A stretch of DNA of 63,774 bases, counting the filler, from Syncephalis fuscata S228 (lineage: Eukaryota > Fungi > Zoopagomycota): the NCBI GenBank assembly GCA_025786725.1. It is 5 parts of 5 records of this genome, joined end to end, with 100 filler letters (N's around TTAATTAATTAA, not from the genome) between each part and the next. Parts side by side here need not be neighbours in the genome. Positions count along the whole stretch, not along the records: positions 37,080 to 54,468 come from JAHLTZ010000194.1; 4 more parts are not named here. One strand, written 5' to 3'. The position numbers and the translations under genes were made by a program. Below the pieces are notes generated by a model, which saw only the letters and a list, made by a program, of their open reading frames with translations, was not told the DNA's origin and ran no database searches. This document shows, in pieces, positions 37,917 through 52,400 of the stretch (position 1 is its first letter; each line of letters opens with the position of its first letter).

Positions 37917-39204
37917 TTTACGTATAATCAAGTAAATTGTCTGATATTTTGTACAGTTATGCATATGACATACAGGTAGCTATTGGCAAAGTATACCGTT
38001 ATTGTGTTGTGTGATGATGTAGTAATTGTAGTAATACGCTAATAAATGTACAAAAATAGCAGTTTTTAGTCATTCATGCCCTATATAATTAAAATACAAC
38101 AAAATGATTATTGGATTCGAGTTCTCCATGCTTAGTTATACCGATTGGTATGATTTATAGAACAATGATTTTGCACAAAATGTTAGTCAAAAATACAGTT
38201 TACGTATGTTTAATTTACTTAGTAAAACATTAATAATATTACGTATAACTTTACGTATAATCAAGTAAATTGTCTGATATTTTGTACAGTTATGCATATG
38301 ACATACAGGTAGCTATTGGCAAAGTATACCGCTATTGTGTTGTGTGATGATGTAGTAATTGTAGTAATACGCTAATAAATGTACAAAAATAGCAGTTTTT
38401 AGTCATTCATGCCCTATATAATTAAAATACAACAAAATAATAGCCAGATTCAAGTTCTCCATGCTTAGTTATACCGATTGGTATGATTTATAGAACAATG
38501 ATTTTGCACAAAATGTTAGTCAAAAATACAGTTTACGTATGTTTAATTTACTTAGTAAAACATTAATAATATTACGTATAACTTTACGTATAATCAAGTA
38601 AATTGTCTGATATTTTGTACAGTTATGCATATGACATACAGGTAGCTATTGGCAAAGTATACCGCTATTGTGTTGTGTGATGATGTAGTAATTGTAGTAA
38701 TACGCTAATAAATGTACAAAAATAGCAGTTTTTAGTCATTCATGCCCTATATAATTAAAATACAACAAAATAATAGCCAGATTCAAGTTCTCCATGCTTA
38801 GTTATACCGATTGGTATGATTTATAGAACAATGATTTTGCACAAAATGTTAGTCAAAAATACAGTTTACGTATGTTTAATTTACTTAGTAAAACATTAAT
38901 AATATTACGTATAACTTTACGTATAATCAAGTAAATTGTCTGATATTTTGTACAGTTATGCATATGACATACAGGTAGCTATTGGCAAAGTATACCGCTA
39001 TTGTGTTGTGTGATGATGTAGTAATTGTAGTAATACGCTAATAAATGTACAAAAATAGCAGTTTTTTATCATTCATGTCCTATATAATTAAAATACGGCA
39101 AAATGATTATTGGATTCGAGTTCTCTATGCTTAGTTATACTGACTAGTATGATTTATAGAACAATGATTTTTTGCAAAAAATGTTGGCCAAAAATGTAAT
39201 TTAT
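37917..39204 (+). repeat. 333-bp tandem repeat, ~4 forward units
   Basis: CGTATAATCAAGTAAATTG recurs at 37921, 38254, 38587 and 38920 (period 333). Confidence 0.97.
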
Positions 39205-39377
39205 GTAAGTATTTGTTAACAGAAAAACGATTAAAGGTGAAAAATGATATAAAGTAAACCTAAGCATTCACAGCAATAAAATAAGCACAACAGCAGCTTA
39301 ATATGCATAAACATTAATTTATGATGGCAATTTATGTCATATATATATAAGGTAAAGTTTTGTTAACAAATAATTAT

Positions 39378-40370
39378 ATAAATTACATTTTTGGCCAACA
39401 TTTTTTGCAAAAAATCATTGTTCTATAAATCATACCAATCGGTATAACTTAGCATGGAGAACTCGAATCCAATAATCATTTTGCCGTATTTTAATTATAT
39501 AGGGCATGAATGATAAAAAACTGCTATTTTTGTACATTTATTAGCGTATTACTACAATTACTACATCATCACACAACACAATAGCGGTATACTTTGCCAA
39601 TAGCTACCTGTATGTCATATGCATAACTGTACAAAATATCAGACAATTTAATTGATTATACGTAAAGTTATACGTAATATTATTAATGTTTTACTAAGTA
39701 AATTAAACATACGTAAACTGTATTTTTGACTAACATTTTGTGCAAAATCATTGTTCTATAAATCATACCAATCGGTATAACTAAGCATGGAGAACTTGAA
39801 TCTGGCTATTATTTTGTTGTATTTTAATTATATAGGGCATGAATGACTAAAAACTGCTATTTTTGTACATTTATTAGCGTATTACTACAATTACTACATC
39901 ATCACACAACACAATAGCGGTATACTTTGCCAATAGCCATCTATATGTCATATGCATAACTGTACAAAATATCAGACAATTTACTTGATTATACGTAAAG
40001 TTATACGTAATATTATTAATGTTTTACTAAGTAAATTAAACATACGTAAACTGTATTTTTGACTAACATTTTGTGCAAAATCATTGTTCTATAAATCATA
40101 CCAATCGGTATAACTAAGCATGGAGAACTTGAATCTGGCTATTATTTTGTTGTATTTTAATTATATAGGGCATGAATGACTAAAAACTGCTATTTTTGTA
40201 CATTTATTAGCGTATTACTACAATTACTACATCATCACACAACACAATAACGGTATACTTTGCCAATAGCTACCTATATGTCATACGCATACTTGTACAA
40301 AATATTAGACAATTTACTTGATTATACGTAAAGTTATACGTAATATTATCAACATTTTACTAATTAAGCA
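39378..40370 (-). repeat. 333-bp tandem repeat, ~3 inverted units
   Basis: Reverse complement of the same unit, separated from the forward block by a ~170-bp spacer. Confidence 0.97.
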
Positions 40371-40849
40371 TATTTATTATTTTAATTCACGTTTCATTGT
40401 CTTTTATCATATAATTGTATTAGAATTATATTTTAATAATCCTACATACTGCCATAGCATTGGCGCAATAATTTTACATTCAGATTTGTAAACTGGCGTT
40501 ATATTGACATTTTTATATACTGTGTGATTAGCCAAATCTGCTAAAATCACATTTAAACAAACAATAATAATACCTATAGTAAATATCAATGCTAATCAAT
40601 AACAACAAATAACTATTAAAAAGATATAGCCAGTAAACACGTTAGCGATAAAAATATAAACAACTATACTAATTAATACGCTGTATTATTAATAAAATAC
40701 TACAAATAATCTATACTTTAGTATTAAATATATTTACCATAAAATGATAGCTTTATTCTACATCATCAAAGCTAATTATCAGTTTCTAGCTTTTTTATTT
40801 CTACTTAACGCATGCAAGTTATTTAAACAAATAAAGTGGCAAAAAGATA

Positions 40850-40931
40850 CGTCAGCGACAGGATTTGAACCTGTGCGGGCAGAACCCATGTGATTTCGAG
40901 TCACACTCCTTAACCACTCGGACACACTGAC
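40850..40931 (-). tRNA. tRNA-Ser(CGA)
   Basis: GTCAGTG/CGCTGAC acceptor stem, TGTGA-CT-CGA-AA-TCACA anticodon arm, long variable arm, GGTTCAAATCC T-loop, downstream T5 Pol III terminator. Confidence 0.97.
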
Positions 40932-41732
40932 TTTAAAAAAGTTATAGCAAAATAATTATTTGTTCCAAAATTTAAATTATTAATTATTGCTAGCGGTATT
41001 TTTTAGTTAAAGTAGATTAATTACATCCCTTAGTAAATCTTGGTTATTGTGGTATAGCCTTAATAATAAAAATAGGTTATTTTTAGTTATGCCAAAACAA
41101 TTAATAGTGTTTATTTATTATTAATAAAATTTTGAATTTAATACACTTTTTACTAATCCACATATTACATTGATTAATTTTAAATAAACGCAATAACGTT
41201 ACAATAACCTGCTTATTTCAGCAGCTGTAGAGAAATAATCTAGTAAAAAAACTATTGATAAATATACTGCTGCTTAATGGCCTATTAATTAATCAACCAA
41301 GTATTATATCTATAATAAATAATATATTTGCATTCATATAATTCTGAACTATAGCATTATTTAATGGCCTTATGTACACATATTCCGTAGTATAGACTAC
41401 AATAAACACACTGTCATTTAATGCTAAATGCTTATTTGTAACTATAAGTATTATTTTACTTAACGTCTATATAGGTGCTGAGTCGATAAGTAACTAGTTA
41501 CACGGTTATTAATACTTTTATCTGGGTAATTTGGTGGCCAGATCATAACCTGATGATGACGCAGGATTGTGGCTTTATTCATCACCCGTCCATATAGCTA
41601 GCTTGCACATCGCTTATCCTTTTTCTTCATCGTTGCAATAATCGCCACGTCTGCCATACATCACAAGAGTCTGCTGACTATACTTTAAATATACTACACG
41701 ATCTGTCGGCGATCCGTCCAATTCGACCCAAG

Positions 41733-43167
<1,435 letters not shown>

Positions 43168-43656
43168 TGGGCATACTGTTTATGCATCACAGTTTTAGCT
43201 GTATCTAATGACTCGAATAAATTGAATACACGTTAAATGAATACATTATAATGTAAATGAACTATACAAATAATAATAATAGTAATATGGTAATAATAAA
43301 TTGGCTAATAACATTAATAAATTGGTAACAATAATAAACTGCTAGTTAATAGTAATAAAAATGTGTAATAACAATGGTATAATGTTTAATAATAATATGA
43401 TTATAATAAATCGTTAGTAATAAAGATGTGTAATAATAATATAATTATTATAGTAATACATTATTAATAATAAATTATAATATAATTAAATCGTTTGTGT
43501 GTCTACAAAGTAAGTTTATAATCCAATAGATGATATAATAATAATAATAAGAGAAAAAAACAAGAGTATGATCATTCAATGGCTCTAGGATGTATCAAAA
43601 GTAGTGGAGCTATAACCAAGTAATACTATCCAATAAACCGTTGAATTACCAATTTT

Positions 43657-45651
43657 TTAGTTTGTAAATAAGGTGGCCAGACCTGGTAATTGCGGTTTAA
43701 TATCCTCCATAGCTGTAGTGGCAATAGAAGATGATGAAGTGGTATGCATTAATGGACCAGGTGCTGAAATAGACCGATCAATAAGACCCACAGGCATAGG
43801 CATTTGCGATGTTGGTACAGCCATTGAATATATGGCTGTTGCATGATGATGGTGTTGTTGCTGATGATGATGATCTGGTAGTGACTGCTGTTCTTGTTGC
43901 TGTTGTTGTTGTTCCGGTGGTGTCATAAATGAATGTTGATGTGTTGGTGATTCTTTAGATCCTATTAGGCCGCATTGCTTACGAAGTATTATATTCTCTT
44001 CTCTTAGCATGGCATTTTCACGTTGAATTTCGCTTAACCAATCAACGGCACTTTCCAGAATTGCTCCCTTATTACGGCGTTGTCCATCAGCACCTCGGCC
44101 ACGATCTGGCAAAAGGGCAGCAAGAGAACGAATGGTACCGTTAATGTGGTCACGACGACGACGTTCTACGTGGTTATGGTTTTCACGACGGCGACGTAGC
44201 CGTTCTAGCGTAGCCATAGCATTGTTACCGTTGTTACTTGGTGCTGTAGGGATGGTAGTAGGCATAATTTTTAAAGTCGCTGGTGCCGAAAGAGAGCCAT
44301 AAATATTTGATGAGAATGACGTATTATGAGCAAAAGAGCCTGATGCGGATAGTTGTAAAGCAGTTGGATGAACCTGGCCACTGCTGGAAGCAGGTGTATT
44401 GGCAGCATTAGCATTCGTAGAAGATGACGTGGACATGATTGCATTTGGATGAACAAGCGAAAGGGCACCAGACTCAAGCGCTAATCCTTGTGGTCGTCTA
44501 TCAGTAAAACTGTTATGTCTCAAGTGGCCTTGTGGACGTGATGTCATCGGATATGGATGATGTGCTGAATGGTCCCATCGATGTTGATAACCATCATACT
44601 TATTGCTACGATGTGTTGGACTCACAGGAACGCTCATTAAACCGGATCGATAGGACGTTGGCGTTGCTGTTGCTGCTATTGCTGGTGTTACGGCTGTAGT
44701 AATACCGAGGCCTATAGCATTACTGTTATTCACAGACAATGGTCTATTCATGCTGGATGACATGTTATGTTCGTCATGTCTATCGTGCATGCTATGAAAG
44801 CTAGATGAATGCATAGGATGAAATGCTCTATGAATTGCTTCGTCAATACCGCTTTCATCTGTCGCTGTATCCGAGTCTGGACTACGACGACGTGGCGATG
44901 AACAACGAGTAACTGGCGCAGATGCCGAAATTAAGCTAATCGACTGGCCTGAAAGGACACGCGGCTGTGCATAGCCATTTGCATTCATAGCACCGCTGGC
45001 TAATGCCGCATTGGCAGCGGCAGTTAGTGAAGGCAATTGACCAGGTGCTGTACCGTAGGTCATTGGCGTAGCATGTTGATGACTGCCATCGTTGCCGGGA
45101 TATTTATTGGCAGTTGGCGATGGACGGCTACTAGGTGTTGCAGTGCCTGGTGTAACATTACCCAATGAAAGAGCCGTGATTGGTGGCAGTATAGATGGAT
45201 TTGGCTTTTCAGCTGCATTGGCTGGATTACATGATCCAGTAGCATTTGCATCATTATAATTGGGCACTGAATGCGCTGCGTAGTGATGGGCCATTTCTTG
45301 TCCAGATACATGCGGTTGTTTCTTATAAACACCACCATTAGCAACGGAAGGGGCATAATTGGATGCTGGCATATGGGCTGCTGGTGGCATTTGTAACATT
45401 GTGTTATCCCGATAATCTCCGTTACAGTTCAACATCGTGGTATTGGATCTGAAAGGTGTCAGTGATGGAGATACAGCGGCGCTGCCGGTCCCTGGCGTAA
45501 GTAGGCCACTACGATGCTCAGACGATGAAGGATAGGGTGGGTGAGGGAACGGCTCCATCGTATTTACCGCGTAGTCTACACTGCTATTGCCACTGGCAGA
45601 TGGCGATATAGGTAGCGGGTTTGGCAAAGTACAGGCTGTTTGTCGTGTCAT
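43657..45651 (-). CDS. bHLH(-zip) transcription factor, Cbf1/USF-like basic region
   Basis: 'RRENHNHVERRRRDHINGTIRSLAALLP…NKGAILESAVDWLSEIQRENAMLREEN' with H-E-R E-box residues. Intronless 664-aa ORF. Confidence 0.9.
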   Translation of the reverse strand: MTRQTACTLPNPLPISPSASGNSSVDYAVNTMEPFPHPPYPSSSEHRSGLLTPGTGSAAVSPSLTPFRSNTTMLNCNGDYRDNTMLQMPPAAHMPASNYAPSVANGGVYKKQPHVSGQEMAHHYAAHSVPNYNDANATGSCNPANAAEKPNPSILPPITALSLGNVTPGTATPSSRPSPTANKYPGNDGSHQHATPMTYGTAPGQLPSLTAAANAALASGAMNANGYAQPRVLSGQSISLISASAPVTRCSSPRRRSPDSDTATDESGIDEAIHRAFHPMHSSSFHSMHDRHDEHNMSSSMNRPLSVNNSNAIGLGITTAVTPAIAATATPTSYRSGLMSVPVSPTHRSNKYDGYQHRWDHSAHHPYPMTSRPQGHLRHNSFTDRRPQGLALESGALSLVHPNAIMSTSSSTNANAANTPASSSGQVHPTALQLSASGSFAHNTSFSSNIYGSLSAPATLKIMPTTIPTAPSNNGNNAMATLERLRRRRENHNHVERRRRDHINGTIRSLAALLPDRGRGADGQRRNKGAILESAVDWLSEIQRENAMLREENIILRKQCGLIGSKESPTHQHSFMTPPEQQQQQQEQQSLPDHHHQQQHHHHATAIYSMAVPTSQMPMPVGLIDRSISAPGPLMHTTSSSSIATTAMEDIKPQLPGLATLFTN

Positions 45652-48600
45652 TGTGTGTTAGACGTGTCTAAATAAGCCGAAAAGCAATGACTATCGTTAG
45701 TTTACTGTCAATAAATGGATCGTTAAAAATAACATAGATCAGCAAGCAAAATGGTTGGTAAGACCCCAGCACGTAGAGCTGCCCTGTATTTAGGCAACTG
45801 GACCTACCTTGAGTCAAGTTAAGGTAGAGAAATGCAAAACGTTGGTAATTGCTAGTTGAAAGTAGCAATTCAAAATAGAAAGTCAAAGGTTTATGCAAGT
45901 AAGCGAGTGTGCTAAATGATATTGCTATTATCGTAACAATGCGTGGCTATTGCTACTAGGTCGTTAACTAGTGTACGGGCGTGTCGAGGGAAGAGAAGAA
46001 AAAAGACAAGCAAGCGAAAGGCCAGTTCAATCAAGCGTGAATAGGCAGGCTGTCTTGCTTATATAAGACGTACACTACCACACAGTGAAGAAGTAAACGA
46101 CGACAGCGCAAGTAATTTTGAGTGTAAAAACCAGCGGCAGCAGTATTTTCTATGAAAGCGGAGCTAGTAGCACTAGTGTAAAAAAATCGTGTGATAAATG
46201 AAATCAGATGGCGGTGTGTGTAAATGTAGTGTTTTTGGATGTATTTTTTTGGGGGCGTGAAGCTGTTGTTTAAAAAGAAGATAAAAAGAGAAGCTTTTAC
46301 CATACAGTTGAAAAAAGAGTCAAAATAAACGAGTCAAACGATAGCAGTAATAATAGCGGCAGTAAAGCTACTAAGCGTGATAACAGGGGTAATAAACGAG
46401 AGCGAGCAAACGAATCAGTAAATGTGAATTAACAGGTTGTAGGAGTTAAATAGCACTGGTATGGGAATACATTACGAATATATGTATTTTTGTTAGAAAC
46501 AGTCATGGCTATCGGTATGGTTACCATTTGTGGAGCCAATGTTTCGCAGGCTGCTACTCAGCACAATGGAAGAAAAGAAGGAAGAAGAATAGGAAGGAGA
46601 GCGGGAAAACAGCAAATGATGGCACGCGACTAGGAGACGTGACCAATGCGTTCGTGCACACTGACACGTGGGACCTGTTCCAAAGCTGACGCGTACAGAG
46701 GTTGATAAACTTGGAAGGATTGACGAGGGAGATAAGAAAGGATACGTTGCATAATTGTTACCCTCTTTGTTACTATTCAAGGATTGAAGGGAAAGGATCT
46801 ATTCATAGTGTGTGCGTGGCTGTAACATTCGCCGACAGACCCGGTAAAGAGATGGCGGAGAATATCGATATTAATAAATAAAAACGGAAATACAACTAGC
46901 AATAGTGGATGATAAATGACACACGTGCTCAGTAAAAATCGTCATATGTTAAAATGATCGAGCCATACTATTAAGTAACGCACTTTGTATCGTTTGTATT
47001 ATTGCTCTACAAGTAATAGATGACAGCAATTAGATACATGCAGGCTATTCGTTGCCATACATAAAGATCCTTTGTCCGCACACGTACACACAAAACTCGA
47101 ACGGATGTTTAGAATCATATGCCGACCATCAGATACAACATTGCATAAAAACGATCCATTTCCCATTAAGGTACCTACCAGTTAACAATAGTGCCTACTA
47201 TGCAAGCGTAAATAGGCCTTGTATATATGGATATAGGAGGTAGATGCGAACTGAATGGATGTATTTGAGAGTAAAAGAGAAGGTGCGTGTGTGCGTGTGT
47301 GAATAGCGTTAAACGAATCAGTGCACCTAATTTGTTACGAATAAAAAGCTGCTGTTGGTTAATTCAAGTTATCGTAGAAAAGAACACTATAATAAACATG
47401 AGGTGCATCAAATTGAGCATTAATACATCGTCCAAAAACTTTGTCCACACGGTGTTGTACTTGTCCTACCTCTAACGAATTCGAGGCACAGGCCAACTGA
47501 ATAATTGTGCAAGATGAAACAATATACTGATGAACAGGGTAGTGGCAAAAAGAGCAGGCTGTATAAATTTAAAAGTCTGATACTATACTCATCCAGGCTA
47601 TAGCAAAAAAGTAGCTGTTTACAAGTGTCAAATGATATAGACAAAGCGTAGCAGCAGCGATAATAAACTTCAGTCAAATAAACGTGCACTATAATGGTGG
47701 CGGAGATGGTCCTAAAATGAAGTGTTTGCACTATCGCTGGAGCAAATAAATAGCAAAATAAAAGAGTGAAAATCACGCGCTGCTTTGACCATACCAATGT
47801 GGCGTATTATTATATCTGGTAATTTACTTACCAGTAGTGCTCTATAATTTAAATTTTCAGCTATTCTTCCTTCCTTTCCTTCCTTCCTGCCTATCTATGT
47901 GTTCGCTTTGATACATTACATGATTGCGTATGCATTGACCAAAAGTCCACAGAAAGACTAGCTACTTGCAGCGGTCAGATATCAGCAATAAAATAACTGT
48001 GCAGCCAACAAAGATAGAAGGTAGAATGTGTGTGTGATACACGCACGCGAGTGCATGTTCTTCCGCACGTTCTCTACTTGCCTATTTTCGACTATCGCCG
48101 CAGCCATCCAAGCTTTTCTTTTTGGTCAATAGAACATCTGTCGTTTCTCTTTATTGTAGTAGTAGTAGTAGTAGTAGTAAGCAATAGGCACCAAATAATT
48201 TCAAGATGTTTGTATCGCCAATACCTTCTTTCTCATTCTTTCTTCTTCTTGTCAGTGTGTGGTGTGTTTGTATCATGCTAATGGATACACAGGCCCGCAG
48301 TGACCAGAACGCACAGTACGATGCCTATTCTACTGCATCAAACCGTTTACCATTGGGATGCATCTCTGTTCGTTACTGCAATACACGAAAGCAATAATAA
48401 CAGATTGGGATGCAACACTCTCATATCCATGCATGTACATAGCGATGCGTCAAGTACAACGCTCGTGTCTATTTTGGGGATCACATGTTTGTTACTCTTA
48501 AAGGTAACTACGATACTAATAATAACTACAATAGCCATTGTTGTATTAAAAATAACCATAAATATTGACGACTCAATTAATCCATAATAAAAAGTCCACT

Positions 48601-49445
48601 ATGCTTAAAATGCATTATAACGAATAGCTAAATATAACACCTATTATTTATTTCCACGTCGTCTCATTTTGTGCATCGACTTTGCCTGCTTGAACGTTTA
48701 GATTGAGCATGGGCATGTGTGTGGAAACAAGGCGAATAATGTATGTAAGATGCAGTTACCACGACTACTATTGCTGCAAATAAGCTATTGACAAAAGTTG
48801 CACCCAGCTCGAATTCAATCGAATTAGGAGAGCGTAGGTCAGCTAAACTTGACAGACTCAACAGCTCGTGCTGCACATGCATGTACTGGTCTGCGTGACG
48901 GCTTTGCTATGGCAGTTCTTGCGTTTTGTTTAGTGTCGCGAAATGTCCACAAATAACCATCACGCCATCTTACAGTCGTTGTAAATACAGGCGTCATTTA
49001 ATCTATTGATTTGATGGCACGTTGTCGCCGACGATCCTTATTCACTGTCACATCTTGTCGCGTAATTATCCGTGAGACTGTACACGTACGCAGAAGTACC
49101 GACTTATTCATCACATTGCCAGCATGCATGAAAAACACGTGAGAAGTAGTGGATATTTTATTGGTAGAACGTGTTGCTTAACAATTGAGCCAATGAAGCA
49201 TAATGGCGCCACTATGCATTTGACAAGACATTCCTTAGGAAAAGAAAGATAATTGGGTCAATGGCATGCTATAGACTTGTTTTGTTTTAAAAATATAATA
49301 ATAGTAGTAATAATAGTAGTAATAATATATTGTTAATAATAGCAATAGCAATAATAATAAATATGCTAATAAGTACGTTTTACACAAAAACAACCAATCA
49401 TTGTAATAAGGAATGAATGTAACAAATAATCCGTAAAATGATATT

Positions 49446-52400
49446 CTAAGTTAAGCAGCGCTGTAGTAGATTATCGACACTAATTCGTACATCCATTTCA
49501 TTTCGGGGGAAACCATGTCTATCATCGTGCATATTGTTGTTATCGCTGTTTATCTTGGTCGTTGTAGTAGAACAAGTCGTGCGACCTATGCCGGCAGGTG
49601 AATAGAAATACTCGTGCTGACTACTATCCGAATCAAATATCACAGTAATGGGTAGATCATCTTCTGGGTCATCACCAGAAAGGGCCGGGACAGTCAATTT
49701 GTCGCGTAAAAGAGAGCCGCCTTCAAGCCAACGTTTAGGCGGTGTGCCACGACCACATACTTTGCGTACTTCGTCGTCGTCGTCATCGACAAAAGGTGCA
49801 CTTGGTGGCTCGAGTAATTCACCCGCGGCTATTGATGCCGCTTCTCGGTCGGCTATGGCAAGTTCCGTAGTTAACCGGTTCATTAAACGGGCAAGTCCAT
49901 CAGATTCATCCTGCGTTAACACATCGTCATCGTCGCCGTCACGACTACAGGGATGATGGTGATGAGCCGAATCCCTTACGGATTCATTATTAGCAACACG
50001 TCTATTTGCATGGCCTTTCCAAATCGGTAATTTAGAGGGTGGTTGCTTTTCTTCATTGGTCGTGGGTAGCTCGTTCGAAGCAATTGTATGTGCTAGTGGT
50101 GAAGAACGGCGCGGAGCCGTTTTCGATAATATTGCTAATCCTCGTTTGGCACGTTGCCGGTCGTGCAAACGTGGTACATTATCGTTTATAGATAATAGCA
50201 TGGCATTGCTTTCCGGCTGCTCTATCGAATGAAATAGTGTTGATGAAGGCTGTACACTTGCTGGCTGCCTTTTTTGATCAGCAACTAGTGTCCTCTTGGT
50301 TGATCGGCGGGGAATAAGACTACGTCGACGGCGTGTACCAGCTGCTTGGTGGCTATTCTCCATCGTCTGCGTAGCGTCACTAACCGCGGTCACAGCAATG
50401 AATGGAATCGGCTGATGTGTCCGATGTTGCATCTTGTTAGTAGAACATGTATCATTAACATTGCTTGTATTTACTTCTATCGTATTATCGCGATAGCAAA
50501 TCTTGCTTTGTGTTGCTTCGACTATTGGTGATACGGTCGTTAACTCATCCGATGGAGGGAATAAGCCATCGTTGTACTCTGCACAGTGCATCAGTTTCGA
50601 TATGACATCGGATGAGGTGGGCTCTGCCATCTTTGCGTGTTCCCTGCGTAATCGTGCTAAAATATCCAGCCATTCGCGTGGCTCGGTAGCTATTGAGTCG
50701 TAGATGCCGTGACACAGCGGTGATCTTTTCAAATTGGTTTGTCTTGTTCGTGCAACTTGTTCGCCACGTTCCCCATTTTGTTCTGGTGTATCTAAAGAAA
50801 TAATTGAACTATCCTCGCTTGTAATACTCATGCTATCTTCTGTGTCTGGTGTGTCAACGCTATGTGAACTTCCCAAGTGGCGGTTGAATGTGCTTTTAGT
50901 AAATTGATCTTTGGATGTTCTACACTTTAAGCGGCGCTTTAGTGAATTACTGCTGGCCTTTTTTATTCGACGTGCTTCACGTACAATATCTTCTAGCATT
51001 TTCTCAGCTACATCGACAGAAAAGCGTCGTTTCCAGCTATCTGTGTTTAATTTTGTTTGTTTGTTTGAAGCGAGCAAAGATGGCGCTGATATTTGGCAAG
51101 TGTCTTTAATCAATTGTGTAGCATTGTTTGCTGTATTCTGGGCGGGTCTTTCATTCATTTGCTTTTCAGCAATACTGCAAGAAAGAAGTGCGTTTAATGC
51201 ATCATCAAGTCGTGGTGGCGGTGGGCGCGGCGATGGCGTAATTGATGTGGTTAGAGGATAGCTAGTGCGGTAGCCATGTTCATTCCTGCTTGTAATGGAT
51301 TCAGGTAGTATTTGACTATAATCATTAAGTGGCAAGTCATTATTCTTTAATATTTAGTTAATACAATATGCTTTAATACATCTATTTTACAATTACAAAC
51401 ATGTAACTATACATACCATTCTGCTAAATATTGGTTGATTTAAGGAACAATTGTTTTCCATTAATAAGTCTATAGTAATTTTATACCATCAGCAATATTA
51501 CTAAACACCTAAGTTTGCACAAACCTGGATGGTCCTCATCAATTGTTGCAGTTGATCTTCGTATAATTGAAAAAGCTGACTTTGACGATCCCATACTACG
51601 ATTATCATTACTACGATCATTATTATTAGTATTAAAGGATGTACCAAATCGCCTGTTGGATTGGCTATTATTATGTGTGATCGACTTGATGTCTGCACAA
51701 ATACTGCCACGAGCATTGGCGTATTCTTGTTCGCGTTGCAATGATAGTAATTCATTTCCGTTTGGCTGGTTACTAATAGCCATAGACTGGTTTTGTCTAA
51801 TTGAGATGTCTAGAAGCGCGTTGGATTCATTCACATTTATAGATTGAATGTGTGATGAAATATTAGAATCACGCTGTTTTACCAACGACATATCAAGTGA
51901 TGCTGGGTGTACAACGGCAATAGGCATTGCTATTGATAGATAGCTACTGAAAATATTGCCAGAAAATGGTGTTATTAATTTAGTTACATATACAAATGAT
52001 ATACAACTTACTTTCGTGACAGATTAACTGCCACACGTAACAAGTGAATAACACTAAAATGAAGCGCATTTTGAACACTTTGAATACCTTCCTAAATAAT
52101 CGATTGCGTTAGTAATTACTGTATTATTAACAACATTGTTACTACTACTATAATTATTAGCATTACTTACAGGAATATCGATTTTTAGTGTAATAATCCT
52201 CCATCCATTTGCCGATGGCTCTTTTAAATCTTTCAATGCAGTCTTACCCCGATATAAAGATTCAACCAATTTTTTTGTCTGTTCGTGCACTGCTTTGCTT
52301 TTTTGCAAGTCATCTTTTTTGAATGTTTTTATCTTTTGTTGTAGTATTAAATTTATACCCGTAATCTAAACAACCATAAATAAGTAAAAGTATTTATACG

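Noticed and set aside
37917-39204. 333-bp unit as a 111-aa protein repeat
   Set aside because: No ORF of 60 aa or more in any frame despite the period being a multiple of 3.
43255-43490. TAATAA-rich quasi-repeat
   Set aside because: Ordinary low-complexity terminator region between convergent genes.
49648-51847. Several plus-strand ORFs over the arrestin gene
   Set aside because: Antisense shadows of the real minus-strand CDS.
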